Of a stretch of 64,000 bases of DNA, positions 1-10,004 are shown piece after piece; the stretch's first letter is position 1; each line of letters starts with the position of its first letter. The notes under the pieces were generated by a model. That model was not told the DNA's origin. It saw only the letters and a program-made list of their open reading frames with translations, and made no database searches. The position numbers and the translations under genes were made by a program. Where the stretch lies: contig CAKKNE010000001.1 of assembly GCA_918797485.1 (NCBI GenBank), positions 558,001 through 622,000 of the forward strand, read 5' to 3'. This stretch comes from Pelagomonas calceolata (lineage: Eukaryota).

Positions 1-438
1 TGCTCGCGAGGCGCAATTGTTGCTTAATTCAGCCGGGGGCGCCCCTTTTTCGGCTGGAAAAGCCGCCAGCGCACGCCCCCAGGGACCCTCCAAGCCGCCA
101 GCGCGCGTCCCCAGGGCCAGCGACGCCGTAACGGGCCGATTCGTGGCTCTTGCTTGTGGAGCTCTCCCAGTGAAGCTAGCCGGCCGCGCGGCCAAAGCGA
201 GCTACACCGCGCGTCGAGCAGCAGCTCGAGGCTTCAGGAAGCCCCCCAGCGGCCCAGCTCGGGCGCAGGGTGCCTCCCTAAAGCCCAGAAACCCGGCTTC
301 CGCGAGCGCTAGAATCGGCGGCACCCTCCCAGAGGGAAGCCCCGCCGGAGCGCCGCAGCGCCCATCGAAGCGAGCGAATCCGGCGGCACCCTCGAAGAGG
401 GCAGCTCCGCCGGCGCTCCGCCGTTAACCACGGCGACC

Positions 439-1788
439 ATGAAGACATTACGGTCGAGCTCCCCGGTCGCCACCCGGGCCCGGGAGGGCAAGCCCCCGGC
501 CATCTTGAAAACAACCACCAAAAGCGTGACGCGGCGCACGGTGACGCCGTCCGCGCCTCTAGCGCAGAAGTCGAGCATCGAAGTCGGCTGGACGGGAGTC
601 GTCCAACGGAAGGATTCATCATTGCAGATCGCCGAGGTCGTGGAGTTGGACGCGTCGAAGCGGCGAGTGTATGTCCACTACGTCGCCCACGACCGAAGGA
701 ACGACGAGTGGGTGTCATTGGATAGTCTGCGGCAGCCGTGCGCGACGCCGCCTGGTGCGGCCCATAAGGTGAGGACGCCGACGTCGCCGCGGCAGCAGCC
801 TCGGTCGAGGAAGCGCCAGCGCAAGGCGGACCCGAGGCGAACACCGAGAGGCGGCGGGTTGCACTCGTCGCGAGTGGACCCGTCCGTAGCACATCTACTC
901 GAAGAGGCGCGCCACAAAAAGACGGCCGTGAAGAACATCGAGGCCGTCATCTTCAGCCAGTGGCGCTTAGAACCGTGGTACTGGGCGCCCTTCCCGGAGC
1001 AGTACCACCACCAGGCCCTCTACTTTTGCGACTGGACGCTGCGGTATACTACTTCGCAGATTCTGGCGGTGGAACATCGGACGCAGTACAAGGCGTCCAG
1101 GGCGCCTCGTAGACCTCCAGGCGTACGTTGTTATGGCCCGGACGACGACGACATCTGTCTCTGGGAGGTCGACGGCGAATCGGAGCCTAGGTACTGCCAG
1201 AACCTCTGTTTGCTCGCCAAGCTGTTCTTAGATCACAAGACGCTGTCGTTTGATGCGGAACCGTTTAGATTCTACTGCCTCACCAAAAAGAGTGTGGGTG
1301 ACGACGGCGTCGAGGAGCACGCGCTCATGGGCTACTTTTCCAAGGAGAAGGTCTCGGCCTTGAATTATAATTTGGCCTGTATTCTGACGCTGCCGCAGTT
1401 CCAGAGGCAGGGCGTCGGGACGCTGATGATTAGCTTGTCGTATGCTCTATCGGTACGGGAGCAGAAGGTTGGTTCTCCAGAAAAGCCTCTGTCTGATTTA
1501 GGGAAGTTGAGTTACAGAGCCTACTGGTCCTATATCAGTCTGAAGCTCCTGGAGGACTATGATGGCGACCTGACGCTAAAAGAGTTGGCTCGGACCAAAG
1601 GTCTTTGTTCGGAAGACGTCATCTCGACGCTGGAACATTTAGGGCTGCTGCGCGAGTGGCGCGGCCAGCTCGTGGTCCGCGCGGACCGGAAGGACATCGC
1701 TGCTAAATTAGCCGCGATCAAGCGGCCGCCGCGGCTCTGCGACGAGCGGTTCATGTGCTGGACGCCGCCCGCCGACGACTCGGACTAG
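439..1788 (+). CDS. MYST-family histone acetyltransferase (Esa1/KAT8/HAM-like) with N-terminal chromo-barrel (Tudor-knot) domain
   Basis: YVHY...RRNDEWV Tudor-knot; WYWAPFP; YCQNLCLLAKLFLDHKTL; GYFSKEK; NYNLACILTLPQFQRQGVG; GSPEKPLSDLGKLSYRAYW. Confidence 0.95.
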   Translation: MKTLRSSSPVATRAREGKPPAILKTTTKSVTRRTVTPSAPLAQKSSIEVGWTGVVQRKDSSLQIAEVVELDASKRRVYVHYVAHDRRNDEWVSLDSLRQPCATPPGAAHKVRTPTSPRQQPRSRKRQRKADPRRTPRGGGLHSSRVDPSVAHLLEEARHKKTAVKNIEAVIFSQWRLEPWYWAPFPEQYHHQALYFCDWTLRYTTSQILAVEHRTQYKASRAPRRPPGVRCYGPDDDDICLWEVDGESEPRYCQNLCLLAKLFLDHKTLSFDAEPFRFYCLTKKSVGDDGVEEHALMGYFSKEKVSALNYNLACILTLPQFQRQGVGTLMISLSYALSVREQKVGSPEKPLSDLGKLSYRAYWSYISLKLLEDYDGDLTLKELARTKGLCSEDVISTLEHLGLLREWRGQLVVRADRKDIAAKLAAIKRPPRLCDERFMCWTPPADDSD

Positions 1789-2074
1789 GGTCTTTGGTGG
1801 ATGCCCGAGGCGTTCGCACGACACTTTAATTACTTACTTGACAATGGCTTGTTTTTGGGGGTCTCCGCGTTTCGGCTTGCTCGCGTCGATGGCGTCTCGG
1901 GGCGTGCCTAGGAGTGGGTCTGGATATCTGTCACGAGCCCTGGCCGTGCTGATTCGCGTGCTGGCGCCGCGGGGTCGCCGCAGATCTCCGCAGAGCCGAA
2001 AGTTTTAGAGGCTCCCGCTGATTGGGACATTGTACGCTCATTGCTTGCTGCCCATTCATGAAATCGGCCCGAGC

Positions 2075-3241
2075 ATGGCGCGAGCTCGCCACGGCACGCC
2101 GCGGGGCCGGCCGCCCTTGCTGTCGCCCGAACTTCGGCAACAAGGCTGGTCCATGCAGTCAGAAGAAGGTGAATGGTACTACGTGGGCCGCGTGATAACG
2201 CGGGACCGGCCCAGCCGCGGCTGGCCCGCCGCGCAGCTGCTAGGGCGTGACCAAGCTGACGAATTGTACAAGGAGGCCGTCGCGGTCGCGGTCGCGAAAT
2301 GCGCGAAGGACACGGCGGGCCAGACATGCTACATCTGTTATGGCGAGGGCGATGAAGATGGTCTCGTGCGTGGGTGCGCGTGCCGCGGGGAGTCTGGCAT
2401 CGCGCACATTTCGTGCCTGGCGGAGCAGGCGAGACGTTTAGTCGTGCATGCCGAGGCCGAGGCAAGGGATTTGGATGACGATGCGTTAGATGCGGCGTGG
2501 AAGAGGTGGTGCATTTGTGGCCTGTGCGAGCAAGACTACCACGGGGTCGTATCGTGTGCACTCGGGTGGGCGTGCTGGAAGACGTACCTGGGGCGGCGGG
2601 AGGAGGACGAGGCTCGGAATTTCGCGATGACGGTGCTCGGGAATGGTTTATACGCTGCAAATTACTACGAGGACGCGTTGTCCGTGCAAAAGGCCGAGTT
2701 GTCTATGCGGCAGCGCCTCGGCGATGCAGAAGACAACATTCTCGCCGTGCAGACCAATCTTGCGAACACGTATCGATCACTCGGACGGCTCGAGGAAGCT
2801 CTACGGCTGCGACAAGAGGTATACTCCCGATATTTGAAGCTCAATGGGAAAGAACATGGATCAACCCTCTTGGCAACCAACAACTACGCGGTGTCCCTTA
2901 ATCTTCTAGAGCGCTTCGAAGAAGCCAGGTCACTGCTGCGCCGAACGATTTCCGTGGCGCGGCGCGTTCTCGGAGAGAGTCATGACCTCACGCTCAATAT
3001 GAGGAAGACTTACGCGATAGCGCTCTACTGCGACAAAGGCGCCACGCTCGACGATCTCCGCGAGAGTGTGACGACGCTCGAGGATGCGAAACGGATCGCG
3101 CGGCGCGTACTCGGGGGCGAGCACCCGACTACAACGGAAATTGAGTGGCACCTGCAAGAAGCGCTCCGCGCCCACGAGACGTCAGACGACGAAACCCTGG
3201 ACGTCTCGGCGCAGGAGGACGACGCGGACGACATCGAGTAA
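2075..3241 (+). CDS. RING-CH/RINGv zinc finger followed by TPR-like (kinesin light chain type) helical repeats; member of a multicopy family
   Basis: CYIC...GCACRGESGIAHISCL...W..CGLC; repeats of the type NLANTYRSLGRLEEAL and RRVLGGEHP; start codon uncertain (2075 or 2153). Confidence 0.8.
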   Translation: MARARHGTPRGRPPLLSPELRQQGWSMQSEEGEWYYVGRVITRDRPSRGWPAAQLLGRDQADELYKEAVAVAVAKCAKDTAGQTCYICYGEGDEDGLVRGCACRGESGIAHISCLAEQARRLVVHAEAEARDLDDDALDAAWKRWCICGLCEQDYHGVVSCALGWACWKTYLGRREEDEARNFAMTVLGNGLYAANYYEDALSVQKAELSMRQRLGDAEDNILAVQTNLANTYRSLGRLEEALRLRQEVYSRYLKLNGKEHGSTLLATNNYAVSLNLLERFEEARSLLRRTISVARRVLGESHDLTLNMRKTYAIALYCDKGATLDDLRESVTTLEDAKRIARRVLGGEHPTTTEIEWHLQEALRAHETSDDETLDVSAQEDDADDIE

Positions 3242-3278
3242 GCTAGATATCATATAAAACCTTACGCCAAAAAACGCC

Positions 3279-4973
3279 TCACTCGTCAAACGCCACCTTG
3301 TCCGCCACGTCGACCGTCGCGCCGTCGGGCACGCCAAAATACGACAGCTGCGCGTCGTCATCATCTAAATATGTGGGAGCGCAGCCCTCCTCGGGCACGA
3401 AATATAAAGTGATTTCCGCCGCGTCCACCCCAAACACTCTGGTGGAGATGCGCTTGAGCATCGAGATCTTGGTCGAGCCGGGGAACTTTTTGCGAACCGG
3501 TTCCTTCGTGCACTGCTCGGCGCACATGCATCTCAAGGTGAGCGTGACGAGGTTCGCTCCCAAAGGACCGCCCTGATTCGACGAGGCGAGCTTGGACATG
3601 GGCTCGCCGTGCTCCTCGATGAGTGCCTTCAGTCGCGGGTGGTCCTGCTCCGAGCCACCTTGTTCAATCTTGGCCTTGGCGATGCGGATATATCTCTTTT
3701 CCGCTTCCGTGCGCTCTCTCCGTGAGACTTCCGCACCATTGAGCAAGCGCACCGTCGCCAAGCGCGCCACGAGCAACGCTCGAGCTTCCGACGCGCCCAA
3801 GGCAGAAGTCACGGCGTTGTCGCGGCCGAAGCGTAATCGAGTCAATTGAGGGCAGGACAATGCTAGCGCGTCCACGTCGGACCAGGCCGCGAACCCACAA
3901 CCCGCGCAGCCTAAGGCCGTCAACTTCGAGAACACACATCCGGTGATGTTCGCCAGTAGAGGGTTCTCCGCGGCATGGAGCTCGTCCAGCTTCGGGAGTG
4001 CGGCGAAGGGCGTCGCATCTCTGAGATCCGTACACGCGACGTCCAACAACCGCAACGAGGGGAACGCGTCTTTCACTTCACACTTTCCTGAGCAACAACC
4101 GGCGTTCTTGCCGACATGTAGCACTTCGAGTGAAGGCGCCGCTCTCCCAATAGACAAAATCTCCTCCCAGGATTTGAGACCAACACCGTTCGCCGCGAGG
4201 GACTTGAGATTTCTCAGGGGAGCGAGGTCTTCGCTGCTGGTCAGCTGGAGTCGGTTCCCCGAGACATCTAGGGAAGTCAAATTGGGACACGCCTTGACGA
4301 TGTCTCCCACATCGGTCCAGGCCGCCAGCAGGTTGCACTGCAGGTCCAAAATCGTGAGCGACGCCAGGTGCTCCGTCGACGCTTGGTCCAATGAACCCAG
4401 TCGCGACACGCCGGCACACCTGAGAACAACGCGATCGACGACGCCGTCGTCCAATTGTTGTTCTTTCCGTACATTCAACTCGCCGCAGAACTGGATCGCC
4501 TTCGTGTTACCTCTTTTTGTGTACGCCTTGTGCTCGAAGGTGCCCCGCGTAATTTCCTCCCCGTTCCGCTTCGTCTGTTCCGTAGAACCCTTCAGGAAAT
4601 CTCTGGAATCGGCCTCATTTTTATCGACACCCAGCGGCGCTTCGACGGGCGCGTCCAATCCAACGTACTTCTGTCGCAACGCTTCGACTAAACTGGAACC
4701 TCTGTCGACCTTCTTGGGCTTGACGAAGGAGCCGGCGCCCGCGGGGCACGTGAAGTATCGAATTTCCTGGGAATCCTTCTCGACGGCGCCGTCGTGCTTG
4801 CCGCGCGTCGCGTCGTCCCATTCGACGCCGTACCACGTCGCGTTCGGGTCTTTTGTGGATGTGGCGACGGGTCCCACATATCTAATCGTGCCGCGGAAGT
4901 CGTTGTCGTCCCTGATTCTTGTTCCTACTAACGCTTGTGGGGTCGCATTGGTGGCGTCGAGGAGGGCGCTCAT
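3279..4973 (-). CDS. TBCE: Tubulin-specific chaperone E (CAP-Gly, LRR and C-terminal ubiquitin-like domains)
   Basis: GTIRYVGPV...WYGVEWDDATRGKHDG CAP-Gly motif, LRRs, ERTEAEKRY helix, C-terminal LDDDDAQLSYFGV UBL. Confidence 0.92.
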   Translation of the reverse strand: MSALLDATNATPQALVGTRIRDDNDFRGTIRYVGPVATSTKDPNATWYGVEWDDATRGKHDGAVEKDSQEIRYFTCPAGAGSFVKPKKVDRGSSLVEALRQKYVGLDAPVEAPLGVDKNEADSRDFLKGSTEQTKRNGEEITRGTFEHKAYTKRGNTKAIQFCGELNVRKEQQLDDGVVDRVVLRCAGVSRLGSLDQASTEHLASLTILDLQCNLLAAWTDVGDIVKACPNLTSLDVSGNRLQLTSSEDLAPLRNLKSLAANGVGLKSWEEILSIGRAAPSLEVLHVGKNAGCCSGKCEVKDAFPSLRLLDVACTDLRDATPFAALPKLDELHAAENPLLANITGCVFSKLTALGCAGCGFAAWSDVDALALSCPQLTRLRFGRDNAVTSALGASEARALLVARLATVRLLNGAEVSRRERTEAEKRYIRIAKAKIEQGGSEQDHPRLKALIEEHGEPMSKLASSNQGGPLGANLVTLTLRCMCAEQCTKEPVRKKFPGSTKISMLKRISTRVFGVDAAEITLYFVPEEGCAPTYLDDDDAQLSYFGVPDGATVDVADKVAFDE

Positions 4974-5140
4974 CTTCGTTTGCTGGACGCTGTGCTTGCG
5001 GCACGGAAGCAGCAGGAAGCGCGTGAGCTGACAACAAATTCAAAAGTACGCCTTTTCGACAGCTCTTGCCGTCTCCTGCCGAACGCAGGGCTGCTAACAG
5101 CAAAAAAGACGACGATTTGCTGCCAAAAAAATATAAAGAG

Positions 5141-5162
5141 CTAGCGGCATGTAAGACACTAG
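5141..5162. promoter_or_regulatory. Paired-CTAG motif (CTAGCGGCATGTAAGACACTAG) in the TBCE/SNRNP40 divergent region; representative of about 13 instances
   Basis: Near-identical motif at 38501-38521 and related ones in other upstream regions. Confidence 0.55.
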
Positions 5163-5312
5163 AGCAAAGCGGCAAGCCGGCCTTTTGCCTCGCCGAGAGG
5201 CGGCAGCAGCTCAACGCGGCCGAATAGATCATCTAAAGCCTACCCACACGCCATCGCTGCGATCCATCGCAGCGCCGTCGCCCACCGTCCCTCTGCAGAC
5301 CTCAAACCAGGC

Positions 5313-6365
5313 ATGAGCATCGTCCAAGCCCAAAAGAAGCGCCGCGGCAACAATGAAGTGGCGGTAAGACTGCCGAGTTCGAGCATCGCGACGAGCGGCC
5401 CCGGGAGTGGGTTAAGAGCGCTACAAGAAGAGGACGACGAGGAGCCCCGCACAAGTAACTTGCAAGCCCCGATCATGTTACTGAGCGGCCAGGACGCTCC
5501 CGTCTACGGCGTCAAGTTCTCGCCGACCGGCGACGTCCTCGCGTCGGCGGGCGCCGAGAAGGCGATTTATCTGTGGGAGGTCTACGGGGATTGTGCAAAT
5601 TACAACGTCCTCCGAGGTCATCAAAATGCCATCCTAGACTTATCCTTCTTTCGGGACGGGCGAACTTTGGCGACGGCTTCTGCCGATAAGAGTGGCGCCT
5701 TGTGGGACGCCCATAAAGGTAAAAGGAAGCGGAAATTACCTTGTGCTTCGATAGCGAACGGCTGTTGCGCCGGGTCGATGGACGACCACGTCGCGGTAGC
5801 CTGCGACGATGGTTCGGTATTGTTGTGGGACGCTAGACAACGGAAGCCCGCCAAACAACTACAAACGCAGTACGCGCTATGTGCGGTCGCGTTGGAAGGT
5901 TCGGAGAATCGGGTCTTCGCCGGCGGCCTCGATAATGTGATTAGAGGATGGGACCTGCGGAGCGACGAGGTCGTGCTGGAGTTAAAAGGCCACGGGGACA
6001 CGGTCACGGGTCTAAGCCTGTCGCCGGACGGCTCTCGGTTGCTCTCGAACAGCATGGATAGTACATTAAAAGCGTGGGACGTCGCGCCCTTCAGCCCGTC
6101 CGAGCGGTGCGTCGCGACCTTCGAGGGCCACTCGCACGACTTCCACAAGAATTTATTGCGGTGTTCTTGGTCCCACGACGGCGAAAAGGTCGCCTGCGGC
6201 TCGGCGGACCAGATCGTCCACGTCTGGGACGTCGCCTCGACGGAGGAGTTGTACTACCTTCCGGGACACAAGGGAGCAGTGACCGAGGTCGACTTCCACC
6301 CGAAGGAGCCGATCCTCGCGTCGGCGTCGTCGGACACGACGGTATACCTGGGGGAGATCGCGTAA
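5313..6365 (+). CDS. SNRNP40: U5 snRNP 40 kDa WD40 protein
   Basis: PRTSNLQAPIMLLSG, LLSNSMD, HDFHKNLLRCSWS, YYLPGHKGAV.EVDFHPKEPI, YLGEI terminus. Confidence 0.95.
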   Translation: MSIVQAQKKRRGNNEVAVRLPSSSIATSGPGSGLRALQEEDDEEPRTSNLQAPIMLLSGQDAPVYGVKFSPTGDVLASAGAEKAIYLWEVYGDCANYNVLRGHQNAILDLSFFRDGRTLATASADKSGALWDAHKGKRKRKLPCASIANGCCAGSMDDHVAVACDDGSVLLWDARQRKPAKQLQTQYALCAVALEGSENRVFAGGLDNVIRGWDLRSDEVVLELKGHGDTVTGLSLSPDGSRLLSNSMDSTLKAWDVAPFSPSERCVATFEGHSHDFHKNLLRCSWSHDGEKVACGSADQIVHVWDVASTEELYYLPGHKGAVTEVDFHPKEPILASASSDTTVYLGEIA

Positions 6366-6450
6366 GTAGTCTTTGCCTTTAGAGCTAGCAGTCCACCTAG
6401 GCGCAGGCCTGCGTGACCAGCTGCGCGATCGTACGCCCGGCCCCCAGTAC

Positions 6451-6819
6451 TCATGCGCCGTCGCCCCGAGTGTTCGCTCGGAGGCGGTGGCCTCCACGGC
6501 ACGCCGTCGCCGAGACGACCAGCCGCGGCTTCTTGGGCGCCGGTCCCGGCGAGACGACGCCAGGCGGCGGCGTGATCGTCACCCGCCGCAGGCGCTCCTC
6601 CTTTTGTTGTTTCAGGACCGCGTCGTCGTCCGCTTGCGCGACAGCGCGGCGCAGCGCGAAGTCGTGGAAGATGGCCGGGAAGTCGCCGCCCAGCTGCTCG
6701 GCGCGGTCGGCGAGCGCCGAGCAGACGCTCTTCGGCGACGACGCGTCGGCTTCGAAGAGGCTGACGCCCTCGACGAAGTTCGTCGGCAGCGTCGGCAGCA
6801 GGGGCCGGTCGGAGGCCAT
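6451..6819 (-). CDS. Hypothetical small protein (3' end uncertain, possible frameshift)
   Basis: ATG ORF with coding-like GC3 pattern and basic PAPKKPR segment; no family recognised. Confidence 0.35.
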   Translation of the reverse strand: MASDRPLLPTLPTNFVEGVSLFEADASSPKSVCSALADRAEQLGGDFPAIFHDFALRRAVAQADDDAVLKQQKEERLRRVTITPPPGVVSPGPAPKKPRLVVSATACRGGHRLRANTRGDGA

Positions 6820-7517
6820 TGCGGAGGAGTGGAATTACCTGTTAATCTCCTCGCAGGGTAGGCTTGGAACCTTCCTGATCACCTTCCTGGTGCGCCTGGC
6901 CCTCGTCGAGCGCCGGGAGCCTCTGGTTCCTCAGAGGCCCGCTTTCCGCGTTTGCGGCCGGAACGAGATTATACTCAGACCACGGGGTTTCTTGGGCGCA
7001 GGACGCTTGGAAGGCTCAGAATATTATAGCTTTGGCCTCTGAAGGCGCCGGGACCGCGAGGCGCACTGCAGCGCGCGTTAACTTTGTGTTCTCGGCGCCA
7101 GCCACAAAAAATCGCGTTTCTCGCGGATCCGCGCGCGGTTTCGCGCCAGCTCCCGCCTTAATGTCACTGCGGGAACCTTCCTGAGAGCCACGGGGGCTCG
7201 AGACTGCAAGGGGGCCGAGCGCAGAGCCGACAAAAATGGATATCTCTCTCGCGAATGAAAACCCGGCCCAGGTTTTGAATAACCGAGCCCGTGCCGAGTG
7301 CCGAGCCCGTGGACGCACGCAAACGCCGTCCACCATGAGTCTTCGGATTGATCCTCGCGTAATTGATAGCCAAAGCATCACCGCGCGGTTGCGACTCGGC
7401 GCCGTCGCGCGAGCGAGCAGAGGTCCTGTGACAGAGAAAAGCACCGGCCCCCAAGGCGTCGACGCGACGTCTGTTAATAATAAACCATATTAAACAAACT
7501 CTCAGCGGGAGAAAGAA

Positions 7518-8812
7518 CTAGATGTGTTCAGAACCAGGCGGCCACTCGGGGTCGTCGAGGGCCGTCCGCTTGCACGCGACGTCGCAGATCAGCGCCTCCC
7601 GCAGCGGAAAGAACTGGGCGACGGTCGACGTGATCCGGTACGCCCCGCGGAACGGGTCCGCGATGTCCGTGACCACGGACCCGACGCCCGAGAACACGCC
7701 GATGAGGATCGTGAATAACAGCCGCAGTTGGAGTGACGATAAAAACTGCAAGACCTCCTGGTCCGTCTCGACGAGATACGCGAGCACGATCGACGCGGCG
7801 ATGGCCGTCAGGACCGCGTAGTGGACGGCGGGATACGTCGTCGCGAGGTGGGCCAGGCGCGCTGATCGCCTTTCAGATAACGTGGCGACGAGCGCGTGCA
7901 GGTTGTTCTGGTAGGTCGACGACGCGTCGGCGGCGGTCTCCGACAAGAGGGAGGAGAGCGCGCCGAGCTCGTTGTTCGGGACGGAGACGCTCTCCTCGGA
8001 CCTGCGACGCGACATGGTAACTGCATCTGCTCGATAGCGTGGAGGTTCACGAAGGCCTCCGCAAATATTCTCAGGATAACCGCCGCGGCTCTCTCGCAGC
8101 CCGCGTCGACGGCGCGGCGGTGGTGTAGATGTCAGGGGCGAGACGGCGCAAACAAAGACGCGAGACGGACACAGGCAGCGCACGACCGCCCGCTCGACTC
8201 CTGGATCACCCGCGCCACATATCCTTCCAGCAACAACGCCGCGCGCGCGTCGGCCTCGCGCGCGTTCATCGTCGTGGCTCCCCGAAAATTCGCGTCGAGC
8301 CCGACCCTTAACAGCTGCACCGCCGAGAGCTCCTGGTTCAGCAACACGCGCAGATCCAGCTGCCGCTGCCTCAACGTATTCACGGTCGTGGCCACGAGCG
8401 TACCGAACGATATCGAGAGGGAGGGCATCACAATACCAATGAGAGTAGGGGTAAGTATATTGATCTCGTACTGGCCGCCGTCGACCTCGACATACGGGGC
8501 GTTCTTCACGAGTTCGAAGACCGCTCTAAATGCTGCAGCGACGTAGGGGTAGGCGATGAACGCAAAGCCCGGCGCGACGATCGGTGCCGCTCGTAACGCG
8601 AGGTCAAAGCCGCGCGTCTCCGTGAGCAAGTCGTCGAGCGTCGCACTGATGTCGGCGTCGTCGGGCGGCAGCACGCAAAAGTCGTCGGCGATGGGCGTGG
8701 CTCTTTGTCGCGTTGTGCTGCGCGGTGGCAGTGATGGCAGCAGGGCTGCTGTTTGTGTCAAAGCGATTGCTAACAGCAGCGCTCGCCGTCGTCGTCGCAG
8801 CGTTCGAGGCAT
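7518..8812 (-). CDS. DUF4239/bestrophin-like membrane protein with signal and transit-like presequence; one intron at about 8002-8183
   Basis: Two ORFs join in frame on removing a GT..AG intron; C-terminal TM pair ending DIADPFRGAYRI. Confidence 0.7.
8002..8183 (-). other. Spliceosomal intron (GTGCGC...CGCAG); alternative in-phase donor at 8186
   Basis: Restores frame ...QESSGRS|SEESVSV... Confidence 0.7.
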
Positions 8813-9231
8813 CGCTGCGCCGGCGTAACGCCACGATTATTGCTATCTGCGTACGCGTACAGCAGCTCGGAGCGCCGCGGTGCTGCAGCACCCATCACAA
8901 GTGCTGCCCTTCGGACCTCCCGCGCCGCGAGCGCCTCGAGGGCTCCCCAGGCGCTCCGAGCAGCCGTATTACGACACAAAAAGGGGCATCGGGCCGCTCG
9001 CTGGTGGGCAACCCACTAGCGGCAACTTTGCCCAGCGCCCTCGGTCGACCGCATTTGCCGGGCTGAGGACGCGAGGCTGAGGCTCCGGGCCTACAGAGCT
9101 CGACATAGTTGCTCCGGATCTCGCGGAAGCCAGGGAACCGCTGGCCGCAGCGCAGCCGCGCGCTCACGAACCCAGAGGGCGGGCAGCCTGGGCAGCCCTC
9201 CGCGCGCGCGTCCGCGGCGGGGTAGGAGACC

Positions 9232-9978
9232 ATGGCCGCCACCATGGCCGGCGGCAGCCGCAAGCTGAAGTACGAGAAGATGCTCGAGAAGAAGCGGCAC
9301 CAGCGGGAACTGGAAGAAAAACAGGTCGACGACTGGATGAACAAGTACGATACCGATGGGAATGGCATGATCGAGAAGGGCGAGTTCGAGAAGCTCATCC
9401 AGGGCGTCTACGGGGGCCAGGGCGTCGCCATCGAGCCCGAGGTGATCGCGTCGCTGTTCAAGAAGTGCACCGAGGGCACGGAAAATCCCGACTCCGTACC
9501 GCGAGACAAGCTCCGGGAAACGGTCGTCAAATATAAAGAGTCGTTAGTTCATCACGAGTACCTCAATGCGTTGATGGACCAGTTCGACACGAACAAGGAC
9601 GGGAATCTCGATAGAGATGAAATAAAACGCATGCTCCAGATCATCCTCAGGGACGGCGCTAAACTACAATTGAACTCCAAGGGGCGGGAGTACAAACTCA
9701 GTTCACTCGAAAACCTCTACAACAAGGGTATACTGGATAAGAACAGCTACATGCAGAAGCTTCACAAGGCGCAGGGCGGCGGCGACGACGTCGTCAAGTA
9801 CTCCGAGGTGTCGGACGAAGACGTGGACTTCATCCTCAAGGAGGCCGACGCCGACGGCAACGGCGTGCTGGATCGGGACGAAGTCTTGGCGTCATTGGCG
9901 CTCTGGACGCGGCTGATGAAGATGGCCGAGCCCGAGGAGCCCGCGTCGGGCTTCTCGCAGCTCTGCGCGGTCATGTAG
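9232..9978 (+). CDS. EF-hand calcium-binding protein with SHOCT-like segment and C-terminal CaaX (CAVM)
   Basis: DTDGNGMIEKGE, DTNKDGNLDRDE and DADGNGVLDRDE loops; ends CAVM-stop. Confidence 0.88.
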   Translation: MAATMAGGSRKLKYEKMLEKKRHQRELEEKQVDDWMNKYDTDGNGMIEKGEFEKLIQGVYGGQGVAIEPEVIASLFKKCTEGTENPDSVPRDKLRETVVKYKESLVHHEYLNALMDQFDTNKDGNLDRDEIKRMLQIILRDGAKLQLNSKGREYKLSSLENLYNKGILDKNSYMQKLHKAQGGGDDVVKYSEVSDEDVDFILKEADADGNGVLDRDEVLASLALWTRLMKMAEPEEPASGFSQLCAVM

Positions 9979-10004
9979 GGTTTGACGGGTAACTTCTTTA
10001 CTCA

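Noticed and set aside
3943..5031. Long antisense ORFs (also 61865-63193, 18374-19177, 25544-26476 and many others)
   Set aside because: Shadows of real genes caused by high GC3; the translations are Ser/Arg/Ala-rich with no motifs.
6398..6453. Possible selenocysteine readthrough of the TGA ending ORF 6451-6819
   Set aside because: No redox motif context and no recognisable SECIS; the extension is only 17 codons.
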